This document shows positions 52,013 through 62,166 of a DNA stretch of 64,000 nt, piece after piece. The stretch is from an uncultured Gammaproteobacteria bacterium. GTDB lineage: Bacteria; Patescibacteriota; Microgenomatia; JAMCZE01. The stretch is from the NCBI GenBank assembly GCA_964576435.1, contig CAZNUP010000002.1:42112-106111 (forward strand), written 5' to 3'. Positions within the stretch are counted from its first letter, which is position 1; each line of letters begins with the position of its first letter. Under the pieces are notes generated by a model. That model saw only the letters and a program-made list of their open reading frames with translations, had not been told where the DNA came from and ran no database searches. The position numbers and the translations under genes are program-made.

Positions 52013-52570
52013 TTATTTTTTAATTAAGACTACTTGAATGTCCATTACAACATTTGTGTAATGCCTGAGTGCAAAGGCTTTGGCTTCTTCACTTCTCATT
52101 GCCCAATCTGGGGTGAAATCATATCCAAAAGAAAAATCAAAATCGCAATGTATTGGATAATGATCTAATTTGTTTTGTACTCTCCAATCTTTGTTGTAAT
52201 AGAGGAACGTGGCTTCGGAAATTACTCTTGTATGTGTGGGATCTTGCCAGGCGCGGACTGAGTTGTAATAGGGTGCACGAATTAAGGCTTTTGCCCCTGG
52301 CTTCATGATTCTATAAAGTTCCTCCATAAACTTTATGATGTCTTTTGTGTGCTCAATATAGTGACTGGAAAAAATTTCATCAACGCTATTGTCTGGAATT
52401 GGCCAGGGAAATTTCTCAAGGTCATAAACCATGTCAACTCCGTCTGACTTAGCAATATCGATGCCAAAGAAACCTGGGGCCTTGTTTTGCCCACAGCCAA
52501 TATCAAGCTTAAATGGTGAGGGAAAATTTAACGGGCTTTCTTTCTTTTTTGTTTTTATGTTTTTGGACAT
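52013..52570 (-). CDS. Class I SAM-dependent methyltransferase (Methyltransf_11-like)
   Basis: LDIGCG, DLEKFPWPIPDNSVDEI, HYIEH, RIMKPG, DPTH. Confidence 0.85.
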   Translation of the reverse strand: MSKNIKTKKKESPLNFPSPFKLDIGCGQNKAPGFFGIDIAKSDGVDMVYDLEKFPWPIPDNSVDEIFSSHYIEHTKDIIKFMEELYRIMKPGAKALIRAPYYNSVRAWQDPTHTRVISEATFLYYNKDWRVQNKLDHYPIHCDFDFSFGYDFTPDWAMRSEEAKAFALRHYTNVVMDIQVVLIKK

Positions 52571-52582
52571 ATGCGAATTATA

Positions 52583-53299
52583 TTACCAGACTAAATCGTT
52601 TACTAGATCGTAGTTGCCAGCTTTAATTCTTGTATCGCAAGCAACTTTGTATCCAAGTTTTTGAATATTCTCGAAGAAAAAAAGATCAAGCATGTCATCT
52701 GGATTTTTGCCAGGGTGCCTTAAAAAAGGAGTTCTAAACCATGGTCTTGGAACTCTGGGGTCTCTGAAGATGTCCAATTTGAAAAGAGTGTAAGAGGTAG
52801 TTAAACCCAAGCATGGTTGGATGCCGTCAACAACAGAGGAAACGGTTTGAAATGATAAGGGAAAAGAATTTGGATGGCCAAAAATTTGTGGTTTACCTTC
52901 CTCTCCTTTTGACCAAATTAAACCGCCAACAACATCGTATTTGCCAATTGATTCAAAAAGACGAGGTAAGCCGTCCAAAGGTGGAAGGATGGTTTCTTCC
53001 AAAGTTAAAATATATTTAAAAGTACTAAGTCCGGGATTTGTTAGAATTTGTTCGATTGCAGCATTATAGGCAAAGTTTTTTTCAAGATTCATCATCATTA
53101 GGCGCATGAATTTTTGATTCATTTGGCTAATTTGATAGAGCCATCTTTCGGCAACTTTTGCGTGAATCGCTCCTGAGTTTGGGATGATGCAAATTGTTCC
53201 TAAGTCTTTATAGCTTTGGGAAGTATAAAGTCTATTTATAGAGGAATTTAAATCACTATTGTGTTTGCCTTGAAAATCGGGATAAGTCAGATCTACCAT
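52583..53299 (-). CDS. GT-A fold glycosyltransferase-like protein, degenerate paralog
   Basis: Paralog of 53293-54015 (KYILTLEE, DVVGGL, FRDPRVPRPWF, VACDTRIK); EED changed to EET and terminal GH to GN. Confidence 0.65.
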   Translation of the reverse strand: MVDLTYPDFQGKHNSDLNSSINRLYTSQSYKDLGTICIIPNSGAIHAKVAERWLYQISQMNQKFMRLMMMNLEKNFAYNAAIEQILTNPGLSTFKYILTLEETILPPLDGLPRLFESIGKYDVVGGLIWSKGEEGKPQIFGHPNSFPLSFQTVSSVVDGIQPCLGLTTSYTLFKLDIFRDPRVPRPWFRTPFLRHPGKNPDDMLDLFFFENIQKLGYKVACDTRIKAGNYDLVNDLVW

Positions 53300-54015
53300 A
53301 CAATGTCGTTTTCCGCATCATAGTGGCCGACTTTTATCCTTGTGTCACAAGCCACTTTATAATTAAGTTTTTTGATGTTTTCATAAAAATAGAGGTCTTG
53401 GCTATAGCCTCTAATGCCAACGTTTGGAGCAAATTCCTGGAGTGTTTTAAACCATGGTCTTGGAACTCTGGGGTCTCTGAAGATATCTTTTTTGAAAAGA
53501 TTGAATCCCATTCCTAGTCCATTGCATTCTTGAATGGTTTCCGGAATTGGAACTTGGGGAACAAAATTAATTTCCTCTCTTTTATGGTCGCCATAAATCA
53601 TTGGTTGGCCGGCGTCGCCTTTTGTCCAATATAGACCTCCCACAACATCAAATTTTTCCATACCTTCATAGAGCTTTAAGAGTCCGTCGGGAGGAGGCAT
53701 ATTGTCTTCTTCTAAAGTGAGGATATATTTCCAGGAACGAAGGATAGGATTTTCTAAAATTTGAGTGATTGCTTGAGTGTAGGCGGCGCCAACTTCCATG
53801 CCGATAACAAACATACGCATAAATTTTTGATTCATTGGCACCATTAAACCCCACCAGCTTTGCAAAACTTTGGCTGAAATCATGCCTCTCGTTGGGATAA
53901 TGCAGATGGTTGACAGATCTCTATAAAATTCATTGGTTGATAGTTTTTCAGATAAATCAACTGAAATTTGCGCAGGAGGGTCAAAATGGTCAATCACAAT
54001 TTGTGGTTTCGTCAT
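53293..54015 (-). CDS. GT-A fold (GT2-like) glycosyltransferase
   Basis: YILTLEEDNMPP, VVGGLY, GMGFNL, PWF, QDLYF, DTRIKVGH. Confidence 0.72.
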   Translation of the reverse strand: MTKPQIVIDHFDPPAQISVDLSEKLSTNEFYRDLSTICIIPTRGMISAKVLQSWWGLMVPMNQKFMRMFVIGMEVGAAYTQAITQILENPILRSWKYILTLEEDNMPPPDGLLKLYEGMEKFDVVGGLYWTKGDAGQPMIYGDHKREEINFVPQVPIPETIQECNGLGMGFNLFKKDIFRDPRVPRPWFKTLQEFAPNVGIRGYSQDLYFYENIKKLNYKVACDTRIKVGHYDAENDIVW

Positions 54016-54028
54016 AGCAGCGAGTTTA

Positions 54029-55171
54029 TCATGTGGAAACGAAAGTTACCGCTGGTAAAATGGTCGCTGTTGAGCCAGCACCACCTGTTGTTCCTAGTTC
54101 GCTTATGGTAATTGCAGTTGGAATGGCGGTTCCACCAAAACCTGCTCTTCCTGTGTTTGTTAGAAAGCCAACAATGTTTCTGCCCCACCAATTTGTGAAG
54201 GCAGAGTTGCTGGCACTCCAAGCCGTGGAGGCAACACCAATCGGCATCAACGAACCAGAGACCATATTTACCGGATTAATGGGTTGACCAATTATGCCTG
54301 CATTACTTAGGCCAAAGGTTGACCTGGTGTCGCCATTGCTTCTTAATTGCAGTAAGCCAATCCAATAAACACCACCTGTCAAGCTCGTCATATCGGCACC
54401 AAATTGTAAGCCAATAATTCTTGTTCCAGAGATGAATGATGACATAAGTCCTGTTGTTGTTAAGCCTGTGCTGCCATTAGTATTGAATGGTCCATACCCG
54501 TAGCCACTGGTCATGGTTGTCGTTGGAAAATTCCAAGTTACTGAGCGGCTATTTAAAGTTTGAGAAATGCCAAAAGAGTTACTGGTTATTAAACTTAGTG
54601 AGTTGTCATTTCTACTATAGAGTCCAAAATAGGAAAAGTGAGTGTGGCTAGCTGCTCCAATGGCGCTGGTTGCAAGGGACAATGAATTGCCAATTAGAAT
54701 TTGATTAAAGTTAAGGTTCGGGGGAATTGTTACTGGGAAAACAAAAAGCGAATTAGTTCCCGTGACTGAGGTGTAATTTGCAGCAATTGTTTGTAATCCA
54801 GTTTGGCCAGCTCCGGCAATGTGGACTGGAGCCCAGTAGGTGAGAGGGGCACTGGCATCGGTCATGGTTTTTTCGGTGATGGTGGCAGCGATTTGAAAGC
54901 CAACTTGAAAAGATTGGGAAGAAGAGCTTTCTTGGGTTCTTAAAATTGTAAAAGTGTCGACATCAATGTCTGTCACCCGGATAATTTCAGCATTGGTGGA
55001 AATTGGTTGGGTTCCCGATGGCCAGACAGTGGCATTAAAAGGAGGTGGGGGAAATTTTAATCCATCTCCAGCTTGCACTGTTAAAGTTGTTCCTGTCCCA
55101 GGATTTGTTGTGTCACCCTGGTTGGTTCCCCGAATTGTTGAATAGGCAAAGTTTCTATGTGCGTCAGCCAT
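54029..55171 (-). CDS. Phage fibre/baseplate-like protein, paralog 3
   Basis: NFAYSTI...GDGLKFPPPPFNATVWP...AEIIRVT...DTFTILRTQE N-domain plus Ser/Thr/Gly-rich beta C-domain. Confidence 0.6.
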   Translation of the reverse strand: MADAHRNFAYSTIRGTNQGDTTNPGTGTTLTVQAGDGLKFPPPPFNATVWPSGTQPISTNAEIIRVTDIDVDTFTILRTQESSSSQSFQVGFQIAATITEKTMTDASAPLTYWAPVHIAGAGQTGLQTIAANYTSVTGTNSLFVFPVTIPPNLNFNQILIGNSLSLATSAIGAASHTHFSYFGLYSRNDNSLSLITSNSFGISQTLNSRSVTWNFPTTTMTSGYGYGPFNTNGSTGLTTTGLMSSFISGTRIIGLQFGADMTSLTGGVYWIGLLQLRSNGDTRSTFGLSNAGIIGQPINPVNMVSGSLMPIGVASTAWSASNSAFTNWWGRNIVGFLTNTGRAGFGGTAIPTAITISELGTTGGAGSTATILPAVTFVST

Positions 55172-55172
55172 C

Positions 55173-56291
55173 TTAAGTAGACATTACATTAGAATAAAAG
55201 GTAACAGTTGGCAAAATTGTGGCTGTTGAGTTGGCAGCTGAAGCACCAAGAGCTGATAAGTTAATGCTGTCTGGAACTGTGGTGCCACCAAAATTTCCAA
55301 GAGAAGTGGCAGTGACAAAAGCAACCATGTGTCGACCCCACCACTGGGTGCTGTTGCCAACATTTGTTCCGCCCCAAAGCGAAGCCACTGAACCTATGGG
55401 CAAAACACCGCTGACGCTGCCCGCAAGATGGGGAGGGTCAATTATTTGACCAATGACACCAGAGATAATTACTCCTGCTCCACTATTATTTGCTGTGCTT
55501 CTAAGTGACATGAGGCCAAGATAGTATATGCCGTTTGTTAGATGCATTTCACTGCCAAATTGCATCCCCACAGCTCTCGTTCCTGAGATGTAGTTAACAA
55601 TTTGAGCGGTGTTGCTCATTGCTAAAGTGTCATAACCATAACCGCTGGTGTTGGTTGTTGTTGGGAAACTCCAAGTTCGTGAGAGGCCGTTCATGCTTTC
55701 AGCGATTGAAAAAGACCCTGTGGCCATTAAAGACAATGCAGTGCTTGCGTTCATAGTATAGAGGCCAAAATAAGAATAGTATGAATTGCTGCCTTGGGCG
55801 TTACTTGTTGTATATGACATTGAGACTGGAAGAATGGCTTGGTTAAAATAGATATTGTTGTTGACAGTTACTGGAAAAACAAAAAGTGAGCCAGATGATG
55901 ATTGTCCTGAAGCAGAAGCTAAGGTTTGAAGTGAGGTAGCTGCAGCTGAAGAGTAAATAAATGGGGACCAAGTGGCAAATGAATTTTCAGCTTCGACTAA
56001 GGTTTGTGCTGTAATTGCTGCAGAAATTTGGTCACCAACAATAATGTTTTTGGCGTTAGTGTCCTCTTGCGCTCTTTCTACAGTAAATGTGTCAGTAGAT
56101 TTGGATACAACGAGCACTATTTCTGCATTTTCTGATGTGGGTTGTTCGCCTGTGGGCCAAATGGTAGCGTAAAAAGGAGTGTCTGGGAAAAGACTGCCAG
56201 TCCCTGCTGAAACTACTAATGAAGTGCCAGTATTGTTGGGTGTTGGGGCGGTGTCAATTGCTGATATGGCAAAATTATTGAAATTACTCAT
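55173..56291 (-). CDS. Phage fibre/baseplate-like protein, paralog 2
   Basis: NFAISAI...GTGSLFPDTPFYATIWP...AEIVLV...DTFTVERAQE; alignable with both neighbours over full length. Confidence 0.6.
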   Translation of the reverse strand: MSNFNNFAISAIDTAPTPNNTGTSLVVSAGTGSLFPDTPFYATIWPTGEQPTSENAEIVLVVSKSTDTFTVERAQEDTNAKNIIVGDQISAAITAQTLVEAENSFATWSPFIYSSAAATSLQTLASASGQSSSGSLFVFPVTVNNNIYFNQAILPVSMSYTTSNAQGSNSYYSYFGLYTMNASTALSLMATGSFSIAESMNGLSRTWSFPTTTNTSGYGYDTLAMSNTAQIVNYISGTRAVGMQFGSEMHLTNGIYYLGLMSLRSTANNSGAGVIISGVIGQIIDPPHLAGSVSGVLPIGSVASLWGGTNVGNSTQWWGRHMVAFVTATSLGNFGGTTVPDSINLSALGASAANSTATILPTVTFYSNVMST

Positions 56292-56295
56292 AATT

Positions 56296-57411
56296 TCATG
56301 TAGAAACCAAGCTTACTATTGGTAGGACCGTAGCAATAGTGTTTGCAGTTTGTAAGTTAGCAAGTTCGATTACGTTTGGTAACCTGGTGCCGCCAAATCC
56401 TTGCTGAGCGGTATTGGTGGCAAAGCCCATTATAAACCGACCATTCCAACCTGAGATTCGATTGTTGCTTTGAGCAAATTCTGCGGCTGCTTGACCTATT
56501 GGGTTCATGCCGCTAACTGAACCGGCCATGTTAATGGGATTTATTACTTGGCCGATAATTCCAGCATGGGAAAAACCTAGTGAAGAAACACTTCCGGCAG
56601 TACTTCTGTAGGTGAGAATTGCAAGCCAATAAATACCGCCTGTAATAGATAACTCAGTGTTAAATTGTAATTGCACTTTTCGGGCTCCTGATATAAGTGA
56701 AACCATTTGAGCTGTTGTGGAAATGTTACCAACTCCGGGAAAAGAAGTGCCATAAGCGTAGCCTGTTGTGGCGGTGCTTGTTGGATAGCTCCATGTTAGG
56801 CTGACACTGTTTAGAGTTTCAAGAATACTAAACGAATTAGAAGTGATGAGTTCCATAGTATTTGATGACATTGAATAGAGTCCAAAATTGGAAAAATAGG
56901 TGTTACTGACTCCGGCACTATTGGTGGTCATATACGACTGTGATTGGGCTATAACTATCTGATTAAAGCGCATGGGGAAGGGGAGAGTCATCGGGAAAAT
57001 AAAAATGGAACCGGTTCCTGTTGTAGAGGAATTTGCGGCAAGAGTCTGAACTCCGGTGCCTGCAGAGGCAGCGATTGTTGGAGCCCAGCTATTTATGTAG
57101 TAGTTTTCTAAATCAGTAAAGGTTTTGGCTGTTAAAGCGGCGGCAATTTGGTAACCTGATTGAAGGTTGATGCTTGCAGAGCCTTCCTGCTGACGGGTTA
57201 TTGTAAAGTTGTCTGATGCAATTCCTGTGACTCTAACTATTTCGGCATTAGTGCTAGTTGGTTGTGTGCCGCTTGGCCAAACAGTGGCATTGAAAGGCGG
57301 GGTTGGGAAAAGTGATCCCTGGCCAGTTTGAACATCTAAAGAAGTGCCACCAGTTCCTGGGGAATTGGCAAGAGTGGAATATGCGAAATTTGCGAATTGA
57401 TCGATTGCCAT
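56296..57411 (-). CDS. Phage fibre/baseplate-like protein, paralog 1
   Basis: NFAYSTLA...GQGSLFPTPPFNATVWP...AEIVRVT...DNFTITRQQEG; shared C-terminal LP.V..(V)ST. Confidence 0.6.
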   Translation of the reverse strand: MAIDQFANFAYSTLANSPGTGGTSLDVQTGQGSLFPTPPFNATVWPSGTQPTSTNAEIVRVTGIASDNFTITRQQEGSASINLQSGYQIAAALTAKTFTDLENYYINSWAPTIAASAGTGVQTLAANSSTTGTGSIFIFPMTLPFPMRFNQIVIAQSQSYMTTNSAGVSNTYFSNFGLYSMSSNTMELITSNSFSILETLNSVSLTWSYPTSTATTGYAYGTSFPGVGNISTTAQMVSLISGARKVQLQFNTELSITGGIYWLAILTYRSTAGSVSSLGFSHAGIIGQVINPINMAGSVSGMNPIGQAAAEFAQSNNRISGWNGRFIMGFATNTAQQGFGGTRLPNVIELANLQTANTIATVLPIVSLVST

Positions 57412-57421
57412 ATTTTAGAGA

Positions 57422-59167
57422 TTATTTTAGCATTTTTAAACGTCTTTGAGGTCTTGGAATTTCTAGTAATTCTCTTAAATTTTGCCAACCTTCTAGTGAA
57501 TCTATGTTTCCTTCTTGCCAGTTTATGAGGAGTTGTTGGTTTCTAAATTCTTCTTTTTGCCATCTGGCTTTGGTAGCATTTTCCCCGTGTTTGACGTCTA
57601 TATTTGGAAACTCTGATTTCCAGGTTTTTAAAGTGTAGATCGTTTGCCATTTAATTCTTTGGTGGGTCATAGGTTCAAAACCCATGTCAGCCGAGTAGCC
57701 TTGGCTTTTAATAAATGCTACGCGTTCTCTAAAATGAGTAATTAGTTCCTCCCGAAATCCACAAAGGCCCGATAATTGGTTTACATCATAGTGAAGTGTG
57801 TGACCATCGGATTTTCTTAGGAACCAAACATTTTGGTTATAGTAGAAAGAGTTTCTATCGTCTGGCGTAAAGTCAAAGTGGCTGGGATGGTAAAACACAT
57901 CATGTTCGCAAAAGAAAATGATGTCTGACTTGCTATTTTCTAACGCCCCAAGAATTTGAGTAAACATGGCTAAGGGACTTTTCTTAAGAGAGGGGAAACG
58001 AATGTTTTTAACTCCGAAATCCAGTTTTTTGAGAGTTGCGGAAACAATGGGGATGTTTTTTTCTGAACTAATTTTTTGCAATTGATCGCGAACGGGTTTG
58101 GCAATTTTTTCGTCTAGCTCGCTATCTGAATAGTAGATTATGCCTTTGGTTTTAGGGCTAGACATTGGTGATTCCTCAGTTGGTTCAATTTCAGCTGGTT
58201 TTGATTGATCGTTTGAATTCGAAAAGGTAAAAGTGTTGTTTTTTAGTTTTTCTAGATCCTCATTAGTCCAACCTTTAACTGGCCAAAACTTTTCAACAAG
58301 CCATGACAGGGGTTTTTTTTGGAGAGGCCATTTGTTATTAAAGAAAAGGTCTCTGGCATATTTTTTGGCGTATTCTTGATCTTTGCCTGAGATTGGATAG
58401 GGGAAACCAAAGTCACCACCTTGAGTTCTAAACATATGTGCATACCAAGTTTTTTTATTACAAAGAACACGACCACCTGAAAGCCAAGTTTTAACTGCAA
58501 CTTCAATTCCTTGTGAGCCCCAGCTACCAAAAGCTTCATCACAAATACCAAGTTCCCAATATTTTTCTCTAGTTAGCATCCAACAAGACCCTTGGAGAGA
58601 CATGGTTTCTGTTATTTCTCCTTGGCCTTCGGGACGTTTGCTGTAATCGCCGAAATATTGGAAGTGGGGTGTTGAGTCAAAACAATAGGAAATACTTTTT
58701 GGACTTTCTTTTGCTATCCAAACAACATCTCTTGTGGTTGGCTTTCCGCATTCCGTACAAGGACCTGATTTTCCTTGATATCTTCTATGGCCATTTTCGC
58801 AAATCCAATCAAAAGCGTGGAGATTTTTCATTAATGGAACCATAGTCCAATCAGATTGCATCTCACTAGTCATCTTTATATCAAACCCTTTGTCAAACGA
58901 ACAATGTGCATCACATTTCATTAAATATTTAGCTCGAGACAATTGAGCGGCTTCATTGGTTGCGGCTCTTTGACCAATGCTTTCATTGTGGTAAATAAGT
59001 GTCACTCGGTCGTCATCTTGGACCGGGGGATTGGCCCAAATACCATCTAAAACGGCGATTATTTCTGTGTTGCCTTCAATTTTTTCGAGAATATCCTGAA
59101 TTGTCCTTGCCAGGAACATTTCATTTCGGGCAGGGATGAGAATGGAAAGATCTGGGGTATTGGTCAT
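57422..59167 (-). CDS. Two-domain glycosyltransferase; N-domain GT-A with ppGalNAc-T-like motifs, second GT-A-like domain
   Basis: LSILIPARNE, KCDAHC, FGSWGSQGIE..KTWLSGG, AHMFR; second domain IIFFCEHDVFYH. Confidence 0.85.
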   Translation of the reverse strand: MTNTPDLSILIPARNEMFLARTIQDILEKIEGNTEIIAVLDGIWANPPVQDDDRVTLIYHNESIGQRAATNEAAQLSRAKYLMKCDAHCSFDKGFDIKMTSEMQSDWTMVPLMKNLHAFDWICENGHRRYQGKSGPCTECGKPTTRDVVWIAKESPKSISYCFDSTPHFQYFGDYSKRPEGQGEITETMSLQGSCWMLTREKYWELGICDEAFGSWGSQGIEVAVKTWLSGGRVLCNKKTWYAHMFRTQGGDFGFPYPISGKDQEYAKKYARDLFFNNKWPLQKKPLSWLVEKFWPVKGWTNEDLEKLKNNTFTFSNSNDQSKPAEIEPTEESPMSSPKTKGIIYYSDSELDEKIAKPVRDQLQKISSEKNIPIVSATLKKLDFGVKNIRFPSLKKSPLAMFTQILGALENSKSDIIFFCEHDVFYHPSHFDFTPDDRNSFYYNQNVWFLRKSDGHTLHYDVNQLSGLCGFREELITHFRERVAFIKSQGYSADMGFEPMTHQRIKWQTIYTLKTWKSEFPNIDVKHGENATKARWQKEEFRNQQLLINWQEGNIDSLEGWQNLRELLEIPRPQRRLKMLK

Positions 59168-59173
59168 AGAGCT

Positions 59174-60088
59174 TTACCAAAGGAATGTCTTTTCAATTCC
59201 TTGATCTAGGGAAAGAGTTTTTCTCCCAGTTGCTTGGCGAAATTTTTGTGAATCTAGGACAGAATTTTTGAGCCTTAGATTGGATTCAATTGGGCCAAAA
59301 AACTGCTTTAGTGTTACAGGATTTACTTTGTTGGTTGGCACGTTTAGTTTTTTACAAACTTTTTGTGCTAGTTCGTAGGGACTTGCGATTTGACTTCCGG
59401 CAATATGATAAATTCCTTTTGCGCCGACATCCAAAAGTGCAATGGTTCCTTCTGTTAGATCATCAATATGGGTGAAAGCTATTTTTTGATCGGTGACAGC
59501 GTTTGTTTTTCCTTTATAGATAAGGTTGTTAACTATACCTTGAACCATGTTGCTGCCTAAACCTCCTTGGCCATAAGCAACAACGCCTCTAACTATTAGA
59601 AACCTCTTTAATCCTGAGTTTAAAACTAGGTCTTCAGCAATACTTTTTGTCTGGCCATACCAGTTTTTTGGTTCTTTGGTATCAGTTTCTTTGTAGCTAT
59701 CTTTTTCTCCTGAAAAAACGCATTCCGTTGAAAGTAGAACAAGTGTTTTACTATTTTCTTTGCAGTAGTTAATTATATTTTGGGTCCCTACAACATTTAC
59801 TTGCCAAGCCAGACTATCTTGACCTAAATTTTTTTCTAGTTCACATCTATCTATATGAGCATAGGCTGCAGCGTGAATTACTATGTTGGCGTCACTTTTA
59901 AGAGTCATAGGCTTAGTCAGGTCGCGCCTTACATATGTTGTTAATTTGGAAGAGTTTTTGGGTGGGGGAGTTTGGTGGTAAACGCCAAGGACTTTATTCT
60001 TGTCAAGATTATCTAAAAATCTTCTTCCTATAAAACCGGCAACGCCGGTTATTATGTAGCTATCTGATTTTTTGGTCTTTTTCTTCAT
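59174..60088 (-). CDS. RmlD-like dTDP-4-dehydrorhamnose reductase family SDR
   Basis: ITGVAGFIG, HAAAY...D.CE, STECVFSG, YGQTK (YxxxK), DQ. Confidence 0.85.
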   Translation of the reverse strand: MKKKTKKSDSYIITGVAGFIGRRFLDNLDKNKVLGVYHQTPPPKNSSKLTTYVRRDLTKPMTLKSDANIVIHAAAYAHIDRCELEKNLGQDSLAWQVNVVGTQNIINYCKENSKTLVLLSTECVFSGEKDSYKETDTKEPKNWYGQTKSIAEDLVLNSGLKRFLIVRGVVAYGQGGLGSNMVQGIVNNLIYKGKTNAVTDQKIAFTHIDDLTEGTIALLDVGAKGIYHIAGSQIASPYELAQKVCKKLNVPTNKVNPVTLKQFFGPIESNLRLKNSVLDSQKFRQATGRKTLSLDQGIEKTFLW

Positions 60089-60930
60089 AGTGTTTCTTTA
60101 GGTAGGGGAGAGAATTTTTCTACTAACCAAGAAAAGTCGTGAACTCGTTCTTTCCATTTGTTATTTAGCCAGTAGTCAGCAGCAAACTCTCTGCCCTGTT
60201 TAATTCCCTCATTATATGCTCTTTGTTCCTGGTGGGTGAAGCCATAGCCTCTACTATCTCTATGCCAGTGGGCATACCAAGTTTTTTTGTTTACAACGAC
60301 CCTTCCTCCTGAAAGCCAAGCTTTATTGCCAATTTCTTGGGCCTCATTGGCAAAACTTCCGTAAGCTTGGTCATCCATGGGGCCAATTACATCCCAGAAG
60401 AAGTCTTTTTTTAAAAACCAACAGGAACCTTGAAAGGTCATGGTGTCATCGATTAGTATGTCTTTTCTTTCTTCTGCACGTTGTTTCCATTCGTTACCAT
60501 GAAGATAGCCGTCTTTGTTTTCTAGATACATGTAATCAATTGGTGGGCGTCCGTCTTTAATTATTTGCCAATTGTCGGCATCAAGCCTGTATCTTCTTGG
60601 AATTACAACCCAATTATCTGAAGAGTCGGCGATGAGTTTTTGGTCAAACCCTTCATCAAACATGCAATGTTCGTCTGTTTTCATTAGATAGGTTCCTTTA
60701 GCAATTGCCATGCCGGCATTTATGCCAGCGCGCATGCCTTTTCCCATCCCAGGTTTTCCTTGATGAATGACTTTTATTCTTGAATCCGTCCAGTTATATT
60801 CTTTGGGCCAATAGCCATCGAGGACGACAACCACTTCAACATTTCCTTTTGCTTTAGAAAGGATGTCGTCTATGGTTTTTTGCAAATAATCCTCAGTCCG
60901 ACTGGGGATAATAACAGAGAGATCTATCAT
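60085..60930 (-). CDS. GT-A glycosyltransferase (paralog of the 57422-59167 N-domain)
   Basis: LSVIIPSRTE, VVLDGYW, KTDEHC, FQGSCWF, KAWLSGGRVVVNKKTWYAH. Confidence 0.85.
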   Translation of the reverse strand: MIDLSVIIPSRTEDYLQKTIDDILSKAKGNVEVVVVLDGYWPKEYNWTDSRIKVIHQGKPGMGKGMRAGINAGMAIAKGTYLMKTDEHCMFDEGFDQKLIADSSDNWVVIPRRYRLDADNWQIIKDGRPPIDYMYLENKDGYLHGNEWKQRAEERKDILIDDTMTFQGSCWFLKKDFFWDVIGPMDDQAYGSFANEAQEIGNKAWLSGGRVVVNKKTWYAHWHRDSRGYGFTHQEQRAYNEGIKQGREFAADYWLNNKWKERVHDFSWLVEKFSPLPKETL

Positions 60931-60956
60931 GTGGGTAAGTTTTTAGGGCAGAAGAA

Positions 60957-61481
60957 TTACGTGTTCCATTTTTTGACGAACCACCAGGTGACGTCTTCTT
61001 TTGGATGTGAGGTAACATTTAAACTTAGTGAATGGGATTTGACATAACCATCAACAGCTAAGATTACACTCGAATTATTAGCGGCATTATAGTTATTTCC
61101 AGCAATTATGCCACCCTTTTTTACTTTTTTTGACCAGGCTAGAAGATCTGTTATCACATAATCAAATTTTGGATTAGCATCAATATAGACGAAATCTAGT
61201 GCACCATCTGGAAAACTTCTTAGAGCGTCCATACTGGTTTTTCTGACAAGAGTCGCGTTATATGGGCGAAGTCTTTTTTTGGCAAAATCATATTTTCCAT
61301 ACATGACATGATTTTTTACATTGCCGTTTACCCAAGGATCAATGCCGTAGTATTTTAAACCAGGAATAGCTTTGCAAAGTGTTTCAGCAAAATCTCCTGC
61401 GTAGACACCAATTTCAGCACCAATTTTGAAGCCAAGTTTGTTGAAGTATTTAGCTAGATCGCCTCTGGATTTAACTTCCAT
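60957..61481 (-). CDS. Class I SAM methyltransferase (Methyltransf_24-like), degenerate paralog
   Basis: GAEIGV, GIDPW, LDFVYIDANP, KVKKGGIIAGNNY. Confidence 0.78.
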   Translation of the reverse strand: MEVKSRGDLAKYFNKLGFKIGAEIGVYAGDFAETLCKAIPGLKYYGIDPWVNGNVKNHVMYGKYDFAKKRLRPYNATLVRKTSMDALRSFPDGALDFVYIDANPKFDYVITDLLAWSKKVKKGGIIAGNNYNAANNSSVILAVDGYVKSHSLSLNVTSHPKEDVTWWFVKKWNT

Positions 61482-61517
61482 ATGTTTCTTACATTTTATG
61501 TTATCACATTTATTTTT

Positions 61518-62165
61518 TTACGTGTTAACAAAAAACCAGGATCTAAATCTATCACGAAGCATTCCAGGTTTTATTTCTTTAGTGCCAACTATGAAGTAGG
61601 GGGTTATTCCATAAGCTCTTACATAAGCATCAAGAGCCCACCTAACATGATTTCTTTTCTTTTGTGGAAAAAAACAATAGTCGTGGCCTGCTACAATGCC
61701 ACCTGCTTTTACCTTTTTCTTCCAGGCGTGGATATCATCAGTTACATTTGGGAACTCGTGATTGCCGTCAATGTAGACAAAATCTAGTGATCCATCTTCA
61801 AAGTCTTTAACTGCTTCAAGAGATTGTTTTCTGATGATTTTAGAATTGTAGTTTGCTAGTCTTTTTGTTGCCTCGTCATAGATATCATCAAATTTTTTTT
61901 GCTCGGTATCGACTCCTGAAATTCCGGGTTCATAGGCAGAAGCTAGCCAAGGATCAATGGAGTAGAGGAGAAGACTCGGATTTTCTTTTAGAAGAACTTC
62001 CGAATAGATACCTCTTTCAACTCCAATTTCAGCACCGTTTGTAAATCCTAGTTCGGCAAAAAGTTTAGCTAAACTGTTTCTATCGATGTTTTCGATTTCA
62101 ATTGGTTGAGCGGATTTTAAATTCAGCTTGTATTTCTTGGAGATGAAATCCAATGTATTAGTCAT
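61518..62165 (-). CDS. Class I SAM methyltransferase (Methyltransf_24-like)
   Basis: GAEIGVERG, SIDPW, SLDFVYIDGNH, KVKAGGIVAGHDY. Confidence 0.87.
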   Translation of the reverse strand: MTNTLDFISKKYKLNLKSAQPIEIENIDRNSLAKLFAELGFTNGAEIGVERGIYSEVLLKENPSLLLYSIDPWLASAYEPGISGVDTEQKKFDDIYDEATKRLANYNSKIIRKQSLEAVKDFEDGSLDFVYIDGNHEFPNVTDDIHAWKKKVKAGGIVAGHDYCFFPQKKRNHVRWALDAYVRAYGITPYFIVGTKEIKPGMLRDRFRSWFFVNT

Positions 62166-62166
62166 T

